The notes under the pieces were generated by a model. That model made no database searches, had not been told where the DNA came from, and saw nothing but the letters and a program-made list of their open reading frames with translations. DNA of 64,000 nt from positions 32,942 to 96,941 of the IMG/VR virus record IMGVR_UViG_3300017911_000967. The stretch is one strand, 5' to 3'. The stretch comes from a virus (Duplodnaviria > Caudoviricetes). Of the stretch, positions 22,611 to 31,212 are shown one piece after another. Within the stretch, counting starts at the first letter, position 1; every line of letters begins with the position of its first letter. The position numbers were made by a program, and so were the translations under genes.

Positions 22611-25600
22611 GTGTCAGCATCTAGTATACCACTAAAAATTCAAAATGCTAATGGTGACCTACAAGAATTCACTCCATCGGACGAATTATTTCTTTCGTAT
22701 GCAGTGGGACAAGCATTAGTTGCGGCCGCATCTAATGACGTTGGTAATATCAGTTTGACTGAAGGCCAATCAATCGGTTCATTTGTAGATTCTTACTACA
22801 ATGAAATATCTGGCACCCACCCTGCTTCACAGATCACGGGTGCCTCAGTGACCACCACTCTGAAGCAAGTGAGTGGCCCAGCAGATGAATCCGGTGCAGA
22901 CTTTGTCCGTCCAGTAGGTTATTACGACGTTGATCCAAACCCAGGCTTCTACGAAATGGTAGACGGGGACTTGGACAACCTAGCAGGTCGTGTTCTGTCT
23001 AACTTAGTACAGAACGACTATATCGGTACTTTCAAACTGTCCGCTACCCAACCAAGTGCAGACTATACAAAGTTCATTGACTCTGTATTCTCCGACACTC
23101 ACGGTAATGGTGCAGGTGGTACCGTAGTAACAAACTACCACATTTGGATGCGTACTTCTATGACGGCGGTTGCTCCAGTTCGTCCAGTAGCGACAAGCTA
23201 CGACGGTTCTGGTTTCAACGGTCTACGTGAAATGACAGATGCCCAGATCCAGTACACACTAGGTCAACGCATCAAGTCACTTCGTGCTACTTCCGGAGCG
23301 ATTGGTTCATACCAACTACGTTCAACAGCACAGGGCGCACCAACAGTCCCAGGCACATGGGTGTCTGTAGGCACTGCACAGAACACACGTCGTACACCAG
23401 TTGACGTTGCATACGCAAGAACTCGCGTATCTTCATACAACCGTGCACGTGTTTCTGCATACACTCGTACTCGTACATCTTCATATACGCGTAACAGTGT
23501 CAGTACATTTACTCGCACATTCGTAGGAAACTACGTCGGTGCATATTCACGTGACTTTGTAGGCAACTACTCACGTGACTTTGTTGGGAACTACTCACGT
23601 ACTCGCCCATCATCGTACTCAGGTACATACGCACGTACTCGCGTATCATCGTATTCACGTACTCGCCTAACTGCGTTTACTGGATACTTCGCGGGAACTT
23701 ACTCACGTGCTCGTGTTTCGGTTTACACTCGTAACCGCGTCACACCATTCACTGGTACATTCTCACGTAACCGTACTTCATCGTACACTCGTGGCCGTGT
23801 ATCATCTTACGTAGGCACTTACGCTCGCACACGTGTATCTTCATACTCAGCAGATTACACACGTAACCGTGTATCAACATATTCAGGAACTTATGCGGGA
23901 ACATACTCCCGTCTACGTGTTTCTGCGTATGCTGGAACATACACGCGCAACCGTGTTTCTTCTTATGCTGGAACATACACACGCACACGCGTATCTGCAT
24001 ATGCGACAGACTTTACCCGCGTCCGTGAACAGAACTTCGCAGGGACTTACACTGGTTACTATACTGGCGTATTCTCTCGTGCTCGTGTATCAACTTATAC
24101 GCGTAACCGTGTAACAGGTTTCGCAGGTAACTTCATCGGAAACTACTCTCGCAACTTCCAAGGTAACTATTCACGTAACTTCGTGGGTAACTACTCTCGT
24201 GGATTTGCTGGTAACTTCGTAGGTAACTACTCTCGCGTATCAACACGTACATCAACTCGCACACGTTACAGTGCTTACGCTCGTACACGCATCACTAACT
24301 ACGTTGGTGACTTTGCTCGTGATCGCGTCACTAACTTTGCGGGTAACTTCGTAGGAAACTACGCTCGCACCTTCGTAGGTAACTACGGTGGTAACTATAT
24401 CGGAAACTACGCTCGTGACTTCGTTGGAAACTACGTTGGTAACTACGCTCGTGCATATGTAGGTAACTACTCTCGCGGATTCGTAGGTAACTACGGTCGT
24501 AACTTCCTTGGAAACTTTGTCGGCAACTACAGCCGCAACTTCCTTGGTGACTTCGTCGGAAACTACGCTCGTGGTTTCGTCGGCGACTTCGTTGGAAATT
24601 TCGTAGGTAACTATGCACGTACTTCAACTCGTACATCTACTCGTACTCGTTACAGTGCATACGCTCGTACTCGTGCGACAAACTATACAAGAACTCGTGG
24701 TTCTTCTTACGCTCGTACTCGTGTCACTAACTACGTTGGTAACTTCACGCGCACATCTACTCGTAGCAGACCATCTACGTTCTCTTACGCACGTACTCTA
24801 TACTACGCAGGTGACTTCGTAGGTAACTATGGTCGTACTCGCGTAACAAACTACACTCGTGCTTCAGCGGTAGGTGTAACCTATACAGGTAACTACACAC
24901 GTAACCTATACTACGTCGGTAACTATGCCCGTGCATTCGCAGGAGATTTCGTAGGTAACTATGCTCGTAACCGTGCGTTCTCATACGTAGGTAACTACGC
25001 TCGTAACCGTGCGTTCTCATACGCAGGTAACTACTCACGTACTCGTGTAACAAACTTTGCAGGGAACTTCGTAGGCAACTACGCTCGTAACTTTGTGGGT
25101 AATTATAGTCGACAAGCGGGATTCTCTCGTAACTATGCTGGTAACTATTCTCGTAACTTTACTCGGGCCCGTTCGTTCTCATTCGCAGGTAACTACACAC
25201 GTACTGTTACATCAACTCGAACTTCTACTGGTACCACATGGGTCAATTTGCCAAACGGATCGACAGGCCCTACCAGCGCTGGCCATACTTACATTTACTA
25301 TAATGAAGATAGAGATCGATGGATCGGTAAGATAAATGGTCAGTGGTTATACTCGAACTATTCCGGAAATAGATTCTACTACTTTGGTTCGACGCCAGGA
25401 GCTATCGGAACAACGTTCTCGACAGTAGCTTATAACGGGTCTCCGGCCGGATTCTGGCGAGTAGGTGTTTCCTATTATGATACGAACGATGATAGAGATT
25501 ATCACTATATTCAGCAACAAAGCACGAATTCCTACACCGGAAACTTTGTAGGTAACTTAACATACACGCGCACCCGTGCTGGTACCTATACTGGTAACTA

Positions 25601-27419
25601 CTCTCGCGCATATGTACGTTGGCGCAGTCAACAATATACACGTACTCAGAACTATTCAAGAACTCGAGCTGCGGCTTACACACGTGATCGAGTCACTAAC
25701 TTCGCAGGTAACTTCGGTGGTACGTATACGCGTACTCGTGCTGGTAACTACACTGGTAACTACGCACGTACTCGTGCTGGTAACTACACTGGTAACTACG
25801 CTCGCACGTCAACACGTACACGTTACTCTGCATACGCAAGAACTCGCGTTGCGACAGGTACTTACACGCGTAACCGCGCTGCGACACTATACTACACTGG
25901 TGACTTTGTAGGTAACTTCGCAGGTGCATACACACGCACATCAACACGTACATCTACTAGGCCTGGTTACTACACACGTACACTAACTTACGCAGGTAAC
26001 TACGTAGGTAACTATACGACAACGTTCACTGGCGACTTCGTCGGTAACTATGCGCGTAACTTTGTGGGTGACTATGTTGGTAACTTCGTAGGTAACTATG
26101 CGCGTGGATTTGCTGGTAACTTTGCTGGTAACTTTGTAGGTGAATATGCACGTACTCGTGTAACGAACTACACTCGTACTCGTAACTCTGCGTACACACG
26201 TAACCGCACACAGAACTTTGCGAACTCTTACGCTCGCACACGTGAAACAAACTTCACTGGTTACTACACACGCAACCGTGCATCCGCATACGCTCGTACT
26301 CGTTACAGCGCATACGCTCGCACACGTGTAACTAACTACGTAGGTGACTTCACACGCGATTCAACCCGCACATCTACTCGTAACCGTGTTCCGACATACA
26401 CTCGTGATCGTGTAACTAACTTCGCTGGTAACTTCGTAGGAAACTACGCAACAACGTTTACCGGAGACTTCGTTGGTAACTACGCACGTGGATTTGCTGG
26501 TGAATATGCTGGTAACTTTACTGGTAACTATGCTCGTACTTCAACGCGCACTCGTTACTCTGCATACGCACGTACTCGTGTATCTGCATACGTCCGCAAC
26601 CGTGGATCATCATACACCCGTGACCGTGTAACTAACTTTGCTGGTGACTTCGTAGGTAACTACGCTCGCACCTTCTCTGGTCAGTACACACGTCAGTTCG
26701 TTGGTGAGTATGTTGGTGATTACGTAGGAACGTTCGCAGGTAACTACGTTGGTAACTTCACTCGTGGATTCGGTGGAAACTACGTCGGTAACTATGCACG
26801 TGGATTTGCTGGTAACTACGTAGGAAACTATAACCGTAGTTTCTTAGGTGAGTACACTGGTGCTTACTCTGGTACTTACTCTCGTGGATTTGCGGGTAAC
26901 TATGTAGGTAACTACAACCGTGGGTTCGTTGGTGAGTACACTGGCGCTTACAACCGTACATTCACAGGTAACTACTCTCGTGACTTCTCCGGTCAGTACA
27001 CACGCGACTTTGCTGGTGACTTCGTAGGTAACTACAGTCGTCAGTTCGCAGGTGAGTACACTGGTGCTTATGCGCGTGACTTCGTAGGTAACTTCGTGGG
27101 TAACTACAACCGTGGTTTCGTTGGTGAGTACACTGGTGCTTACTCTCGTGACTTCGTAGGTAACTACTCTCGTGTCCGTGTATCTGCATACGCACGTATC
27201 AGAACGTCTTCTTACTCAGGAGCATACACACGTGACCGTGTTTCTTCTTACGTAGGTGACTTTACTGGTAACTATACTCGTAACTTTGGTGGTAACTACA
27301 CCCGTGACTTTGCTGGAAACTACGCACGTAGCTTCGTCGGTAACTACATCGGTGCAACCATCTCTGATACACAGACCCACGTTACTGATACATATACATT
27401 ATATGTAAGGGTTGCATAA
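22611..27419 (+). CDS. Giant tetrapeptide-repeat structural protein; predicted self-complementary antiparallel beta-hairpin fibre
   Basis: GTG start after a late promoter; ~270-aa base domain, arm 1 (res 269-872), ~100-aa tip, arm 2 (res 976-1579), short C-terminal strand; units xRxR, xSxY, xGNY, xRxF. Confidence 0.85.
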   Translation: MSASSIPLKIQNANGDLQEFTPSDELFLSYAVGQALVAAASNDVGNISLTEGQSIGSFVDSYYNEISGTHPASQITGASVTTTLKQVSGPADESGADFVRPVGYYDVDPNPGFYEMVDGDLDNLAGRVLSNLVQNDYIGTFKLSATQPSADYTKFIDSVFSDTHGNGAGGTVVTNYHIWMRTSMTAVAPVRPVATSYDGSGFNGLREMTDAQIQYTLGQRIKSLRATSGAIGSYQLRSTAQGAPTVPGTWVSVGTAQNTRRTPVDVAYARTRVSSYNRARVSAYTRTRTSSYTRNSVSTFTRTFVGNYVGAYSRDFVGNYSRDFVGNYSRTRPSSYSGTYARTRVSSYSRTRLTAFTGYFAGTYSRARVSVYTRNRVTPFTGTFSRNRTSSYTRGRVSSYVGTYARTRVSSYSADYTRNRVSTYSGTYAGTYSRLRVSAYAGTYTRNRVSSYAGTYTRTRVSAYATDFTRVREQNFAGTYTGYYTGVFSRARVSTYTRNRVTGFAGNFIGNYSRNFQGNYSRNFVGNYSRGFAGNFVGNYSRVSTRTSTRTRYSAYARTRITNYVGDFARDRVTNFAGNFVGNYARTFVGNYGGNYIGNYARDFVGNYVGNYARAYVGNYSRGFVGNYGRNFLGNFVGNYSRNFLGDFVGNYARGFVGDFVGNFVGNYARTSTRTSTRTRYSAYARTRATNYTRTRGSSYARTRVTNYVGNFTRTSTRSRPSTFSYARTLYYAGDFVGNYGRTRVTNYTRASAVGVTYTGNYTRNLYYVGNYARAFAGDFVGNYARNRAFSYVGNYARNRAFSYAGNYSRTRVTNFAGNFVGNYARNFVGNYSRQAGFSRNYAGNYSRNFTRARSFSFAGNYTRTVTSTRTSTGTTWVNLPNGSTGPTSAGHTYIYYNEDRDRWIGKINGQWLYSNYSGNRFYYFGSTPGAIGTTFSTVAYNGSPAGFWRVGVSYYDTNDDRDYHYIQQQSTNSYTGNFVGNLTYTRTRAGTYTGNYSRAYVRWRSQQYTRTQNYSRTRAAAYTRDRVTNFAGNFGGTYTRTRAGNYTGNYARTRAGNYTGNYARTSTRTRYSAYARTRVATGTYTRNRAATLYYTGDFVGNFAGAYTRTSTRTSTRPGYYTRTLTYAGNYVGNYTTTFTGDFVGNYARNFVGDYVGNFVGNYARGFAGNFAGNFVGEYARTRVTNYTRTRNSAYTRNRTQNFANSYARTRETNFTGYYTRNRASAYARTRYSAYARTRVTNYVGDFTRDSTRTSTRNRVPTYTRDRVTNFAGNFVGNYATTFTGDFVGNYARGFAGEYAGNFTGNYARTSTRTRYSAYARTRVSAYVRNRGSSYTRDRVTNFAGDFVGNYARTFSGQYTRQFVGEYVGDYVGTFAGNYVGNFTRGFGGNYVGNYARGFAGNYVGNYNRSFLGEYTGAYSGTYSRGFAGNYVGNYNRGFVGEYTGAYNRTFTGNYSRDFSGQYTRDFAGDFVGNYSRQFAGEYTGAYARDFVGNFVGNYNRGFVGEYTGAYSRDFVGNYSRVRVSAYARIRTSSYSGAYTRDRVSSYVGDFTGNYTRNFGGNYTRDFAGNYARSFVGNYIGATISDTQTHVTDTYTLYVRVA
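23415..25226 (+). repeat. Hairpin arm 1: 4-residue-period repeats
   Basis: ARTR VSSY NRAR VSAY ... VGNY ... TRTS; 604 codons. Confidence 0.9.
25536..27347 (+). repeat. Hairpin arm 2: 4-residue-period repeats complementary to arm 1
   Basis: TGNF VGNL ... ARSF VGNY; 604 codons. Confidence 0.9.
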
Positions 27420-27440
27420 GCGACCCTTCTATGTTATAAT
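27412..27440 (+). promoter_or_regulatory. Putative sigma70-type promoter TTGCAT-N17-TATAAT (extended -10 TGn)
   Basis: Spacing and extended -10 read directly from the sequence. Confidence 0.5.
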
Positions 27441-27455
27441 AGAAGTCTGAATACA

Positions 27456-27480
27456 GGTGGGTCTTCGGACCCACTTTATT
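27456..27480 (+). terminator. UUCG hairpin / probable terminator
   Basis: GTGGGTC-TTCG-GACCCAC followed by TTTATT. Confidence 0.7.
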
Positions 27481-27526
27481 AGTCATATACATAGATTTGA
27501 ATTGAACCCTTTTGGAGAATGAGTAA

Positions 27527-27988
27527 ATGAGTTATAGACGTTGGATGGACAACGCTTTTTGGGAAACAGAAGAGAAGAAAGAACTAAACTGTATCCTAGA
27601 AATGGAAGATGATGTGGGTCGTGTCACCCGTCAACAGATGTTGTTGGCAAGACATGATCGTGATGGAAATCCTAACGAGTTGTTTGCGGAAGTCGTGGAC
27701 GCACTTGGTGAAGAGTTGATCGATAAGGAAACTACCGATCGAGTCGAACGCAAAGCTGCGGAGGCGGAAGAAGAGAAACAACGTGAGTTAGAACATCAAA
27801 AGGCAAGGAAGCTTGAGAAACTGTTCAACTACAAACTAGAAGCGTTTGAGGTTGAAGAGATCAAGAACTCTAAGAACCGCAAGTTGAAGGCAAAATTGCG
27901 TCGTGCAAAATCAAAGATTGAAGTAGATATGTACTCAATCATGATTCTACAAGACCAACTAGAGGCCGAGACAGATGGAAAAGAGTAA
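27527..27988 (+). CDS. Hypothetical acidic helical protein (candidate fibre chaperone)
   Basis: GGAG upstream, 153 aa, charged helical C-half; function inferred from position only. Confidence 0.6.
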   Translation: MSYRRWMDNAFWETEEKKELNCILEMEDDVGRVTRQQMLLARHDRDGNPNELFAEVVDALGEELIDKETTDRVERKAAEAEEEKQRELEHQKARKLEKLFNYKLEAFEVEEIKNSKNRKLKAKLRRAKSKIEVDMYSIMILQDQLEAETDGKE

Positions 27989-28712
27989 AGGGTTTATTAT
28001 CGTTGCGTCAAAGAAGCGCAACTTTTATTTGTACGCAATCAATCTTGCAGAGTCTCTCAGGGACTACTATGAACCAGAAGAGGAATGCAAGATCTGTTTG
28101 GTGACTGAGGAACGATTCCTTGATGACCGTGGTCGAGATGTCGCAGACGATATTCTCTTATGTGACGATCACTACCGCGCTAAGTTATGGGGTATGGCGA
28201 AATCGCCGTATGACCTAACGATGTATATCGATGCTGATATGGAAGTAGAACACGAAGACATCTGTAAAGTTTGGGATGAAATGAAGGACCATGATGTGGT
28301 CTTTACTGCTTTGACAGATGATCGTGACTACATATATGCAGAACGTGACTTTGACACTCCAGAGGGTGTTTCTAAGTTCACACTATGCGGTGCAGTATGT
28401 TTATATGATATGTCCAAACCGATTGTGCGTGAATTCATGAATGATTGGTGGGACTTGACATTCAGACAGATGAATGACACTTGGTGGCCAGACGGGTATG
28501 CGGACAGTCTCAAATCTTGGGACCAGTTCTCACTCTGGTGGTTGACTGAGAAAGAAGAAAAGTATAAGGATCTCAAAGTTGGAATCTTTGATGACGACTT
28601 GAGATGGAACTACTACAACGCACTTAATTGGGCAATAACAAAACCAGAAACAGGGCCAGTGATTATCCGTCACTTCTCTGCTGGTCTTAATAAGGATACA
28701 CCAATCGTATGA
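27975..28712 (+). CDS. GT-A glycosyltransferase (GT8-like/nucleotide-diphospho-sugar transferase)
   Basis: AINLAESLR, K...MAKSPYDLTMYIDAD (DxD), WDQFSL, RWN motifs. Confidence 0.78.
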   Translation: MEKSKGFIIVASKKRNFYLYAINLAESLRDYYEPEEECKICLVTEERFLDDRGRDVADDILLCDDHYRAKLWGMAKSPYDLTMYIDADMEVEHEDICKVWDEMKDHDVVFTALTDDRDYIYAERDFDTPEGVSKFTLCGAVCLYDMSKPIVREFMNDWWDLTFRQMNDTWWPDGYADSLKSWDQFSLWWLTEKEEKYKDLKVGIFDDDLRWNYYNALNWAITKPETGPVIIRHFSAGLNKDTPIV

Positions 28713-29416
28713 CACAGTTAAACGACCAATATCTAAAGCACGTCGAAGTTAAGAACCCTGAGTTGCTTGCGATTCTGGACAACTACGCTGGACTACCGAA
28801 GATTCCTGGCTTTGCAGAGAACTGTCACTGCACTTCTCAGGAACGTATTCGTCAGCGTAACTGGTACGTTGGACCAAAGTACATGCAAGAGATTGTAGAT
28901 GAGGGAACGCAACACGAAGGTTTCCCAGATGAGATGGTAGGTTATAACTTTAAACTATCAGATCGCGCTCACCAGATGTTCGAGTCAGATGCAGATCCAA
29001 TCTTCAAGCGTGACATGACGCACATGTTGTCAGATTTAAACGACAAGATGATGAACTTCCTGTCAGTCAAGCACAATGCGCTTGCAGCGGTATACCCGCC
29101 AGGCGGTTTCATTGCATGGCACAACAACGCTAACGCGCCAGGATTCAATCTAATCTTCTCTTACTCAGAGAGTGGTTCAGGTTGGTTCGACTACATCCAT
29201 CCGGAAACTAAAGAAGTTATCCGTTGTCAAGACAAGCCAGGTCAGTGGACTTGCAAGGCAGCATACTTCGGACACTACGGAGAAGAAGAGAAACTAATGT
29301 ATCACGCTGCATCTTCAGAAGATGATTGGCGCGTAACAGTTTCTTACGTCTTCGACTGGTCTGAGACTTCAGAAGAATTCCGTGAGATGGTCTTAGAAGA
29401 CATCGCTTCAGAATAA
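28709..29416 (+). CDS. 2OG-Fe(II) oxygenase-like (DSBH) protein, paralog of 51798-52442
   Basis: YPPGGFIAWHNN...MYHAA...RVTVSY. Confidence 0.7.
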   Translation: MTQLNDQYLKHVEVKNPELLAILDNYAGLPKIPGFAENCHCTSQERIRQRNWYVGPKYMQEIVDEGTQHEGFPDEMVGYNFKLSDRAHQMFESDADPIFKRDMTHMLSDLNDKMMNFLSVKHNALAAVYPPGGFIAWHNNANAPGFNLIFSYSESGSGWFDYIHPETKEVIRCQDKPGQWTCKAAYFGHYGEEEKLMYHAASSEDDWRVTVSYVFDWSETSEEFREMVLEDIASE

Positions 29417-29442
29417 AACAAAATATCTCGCACCCTAAGTTG

Positions 29443-29450
29443 TATAAATA
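29443..29450 (+). promoter_or_regulatory. T4-type late promoter TATAAATA
   Basis: Exact consensus. Confidence 0.8.
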
Positions 29451-29478
29451 GACACAGAACGTTTATACACTTAGGGTC

Positions 29479-29838
29479 TTGATGACTATGGCAACTTACG
29501 AAGACTTCACAATTGATCAGGGTGCAGACCTAGCTCTACAGATAGAGTTAGTGAATCCGGACGGATCTAAGAAAGATCTTACTGGTTATACTGCCTATGC
29601 GAAGATGAAGAAGACGTATAGAAGTGAGGAGTCAATAGACTTCACTGCCGTGATTCCCGATCCTTCACTCGAAGGTATCGTCACACTATCCCTTACTAAT
29701 TTACAAACCGACGCTCTATCCACTCGTGGTAGATATGTCTATGATGTTGAAATTGCTTTCGTCGATCATGAAGGTCACACCATTATAGAAAGAATACTAG
29801 AAGGTAAGATAAAAGTCAACCCTTCTGTCACGAGGTAA
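29479..29838 (+). CDS. Ig-like virion protein (BppU N-terminal-like)
   Basis: IDQGAD...DLTGYTAYAKMKK...GIVTLSLT..QT..L..GRYVYDVEI...RILEGKIKVNPSVTR; true start may be ATG 29488. Confidence 0.75.
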   Translation: MMTMATYEDFTIDQGADLALQIELVNPDGSKKDLTGYTAYAKMKKTYRSEESIDFTAVIPDPSLEGIVTLSLTNLQTDALSTRGRYVYDVEIAFVDHEGHTIIERILEGKIKVNPSVTR

Positions 29839-29842
29839 CGAC

Positions 29843-30724
29843 ATGCCGATAAGAAGAATAGGTGGAACAACAGGCGTAGCATCCATAAGTGGTTTTGGTT
29901 CTGGAACCAAAGTCAAACGTGTTACTGTCGGTAGACCTATCAGTAATGTCGTACAGAATATCGGTGCGAACATCAAGACGTTTGATGGACTTGGTGATAT
30001 TCCCAGTATTGAAGAGTTAAAACTGGGCGAGATCGGTATAAATACTCAAGACGGCAAACTCTATATCAAACGTGAGTATGATGGTGGAGTTCAAACCATT
30101 GTGGAGATTGGCGCGGTAGGTGAAGGAAATCTATCTGCGACAACCACGTTCAACGCATACATCTATACCTCTGACGGAACACTAGAGGTTATTACGGGTG
30201 CAGACGATAAGGGAAACATACTACAGTATGACCCAGATCCGAATACACCATCTCGAATTCAAGTATATCTCAACGGTGTCTTACTCCACCAAGGAATGGA
30301 CTACGTTGCTGATGATGGGGTTTCAATAACCCTAACCCACGTAGTAGACGAAGAGCAAGTTATCCAAGTCGCTGCGTATAACTCAACAGGCGTTTCTTTT
30401 GGAAACGACTTAATCCTAGATGATCATTTTGCCTTTGTTGTAGGCACAAATGAAGAAACCCGACTCTATCATAATGGAACCGACACCGTCCTTAAACACT
30501 TGGGATTCAACGAAAGTCGGTTCAAGATTCAATATGAGAATGATGATAGATTAGTTATGAACGCTTCAGGTGTTCAGTTAAAGGGAAACTACACCCTCAA
30601 CGGACAACCCGTTGCAAGCCAAGTAGAAGTAGATGCTCTTAATGCTCGAATCGATGGTCTCGATTCTGACTTACAGGAAGTGACTGAACTACTACAAGAA
30701 CTACTTCAGTTCCGACAATCATAA
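29843..30724 (+). CDS. Virion fibre/adaptor protein
   Basis: LKLGEIGINTQDGKLYIK (Mtd-N-like), IQVYLNGVLL..G.DY domain, C-terminal coiled coil. Confidence 0.65.
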   Translation: MPIRRIGGTTGVASISGFGSGTKVKRVTVGRPISNVVQNIGANIKTFDGLGDIPSIEELKLGEIGINTQDGKLYIKREYDGGVQTIVEIGAVGEGNLSATTTFNAYIYTSDGTLEVITGADDKGNILQYDPDPNTPSRIQVYLNGVLLHQGMDYVADDGVSITLTHVVDEEQVIQVAAYNSTGVSFGNDLILDDHFAFVVGTNEETRLYHNGTDTVLKHLGFNESRFKIQYENDDRLVMNASGVQLKGNYTLNGQPVASQVEVDALNARIDGLDSDLQEVTELLQELLQFRQS

Positions 30725-30753
30725 AAATAAAGTGTGGTTGAACTCGTTTTTAG

Positions 30754-30761
30754 TATAAATA
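30754..30761 (+). promoter_or_regulatory. T4-type late promoter TATAAATA
   Basis: Exact consensus. Confidence 0.8.
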
Positions 30762-30797
30762 AAAACAGTATATTAACTACCCTTAGTACTCCAAGAT

Positions 30798-31157
30798 ATG
30801 ATCAATAATAAGTCCTTTAACAGGGTACTTGCCGAAAGTCTGTTCAATCTGGCTAAAAAGAAGCAGGAAGAAGTTTCCTCTACTCCAGGCCAAGAAAAGA
30901 TTTTATTCGAACTTATCGAAGGTACCTCATCATCAACAAATGATCGTACTGTCATTCCCGAAGCACAGGCGTTCATTGCTCCAGGCGACACCGCCCTATT
31001 CACATTGAACGGAACTCCGGCACGTGATGACTTAATTGATGTATGGGTTAATGATGTACTTCAACATCCTGAAGAAGTATATGAAACCATCGGAGATACT
31101 ATTCAATTTTATGAGATCCCCCCTCAAGGGACGGACATCTACATTAAATTTCGTTAG
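30798..31157 (+). CDS. Small virion protein with V..N.VLQ.P...Y domain
   Basis: FTL...IDVWVNDVLQHPEEVY...IQF...P..G..I domain also seen in 29843 and at the C-terminus of 31213. Confidence 0.65.
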   Translation: MINNKSFNRVLAESLFNLAKKKQEEVSSTPGQEKILFELIEGTSSSTNDRTVIPEAQAFIAPGDTALFTLNGTPARDDLIDVWVNDVLQHPEEVYETIGDTIQFYEIPPQGTDIYIKFR

Positions 31158-31212
31158 TATATTATTAAACGTTTAATAACCAATAACTCTAACCTAACTA
31201 GGAGATAACCTA

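Noticed and set aside
25227-25535. Diversity-generating retroelement target at the fibre tip (also the Mtd-N-like motif near 30020)
   Set aside because: No reverse transcriptase and no template-repeat copy noticed in this window
23264-27195. Many short minus-strand and shifted ORFs in the hairpin gene; possible CRISPR-like array
   Set aside because: The repeats are in-frame coding units without constant repeat plus unique spacer structure; no cas genes
23415-27347. DNA-level inverted repeat as the explanation for the arm symmetry
   Set aside because: The reverse complement of arm-1 units (e.g. cgtactcgcgtatcttcatac) does not match arm-2 units (ttcgtaggtaactac); the symmetry exists only in the protein
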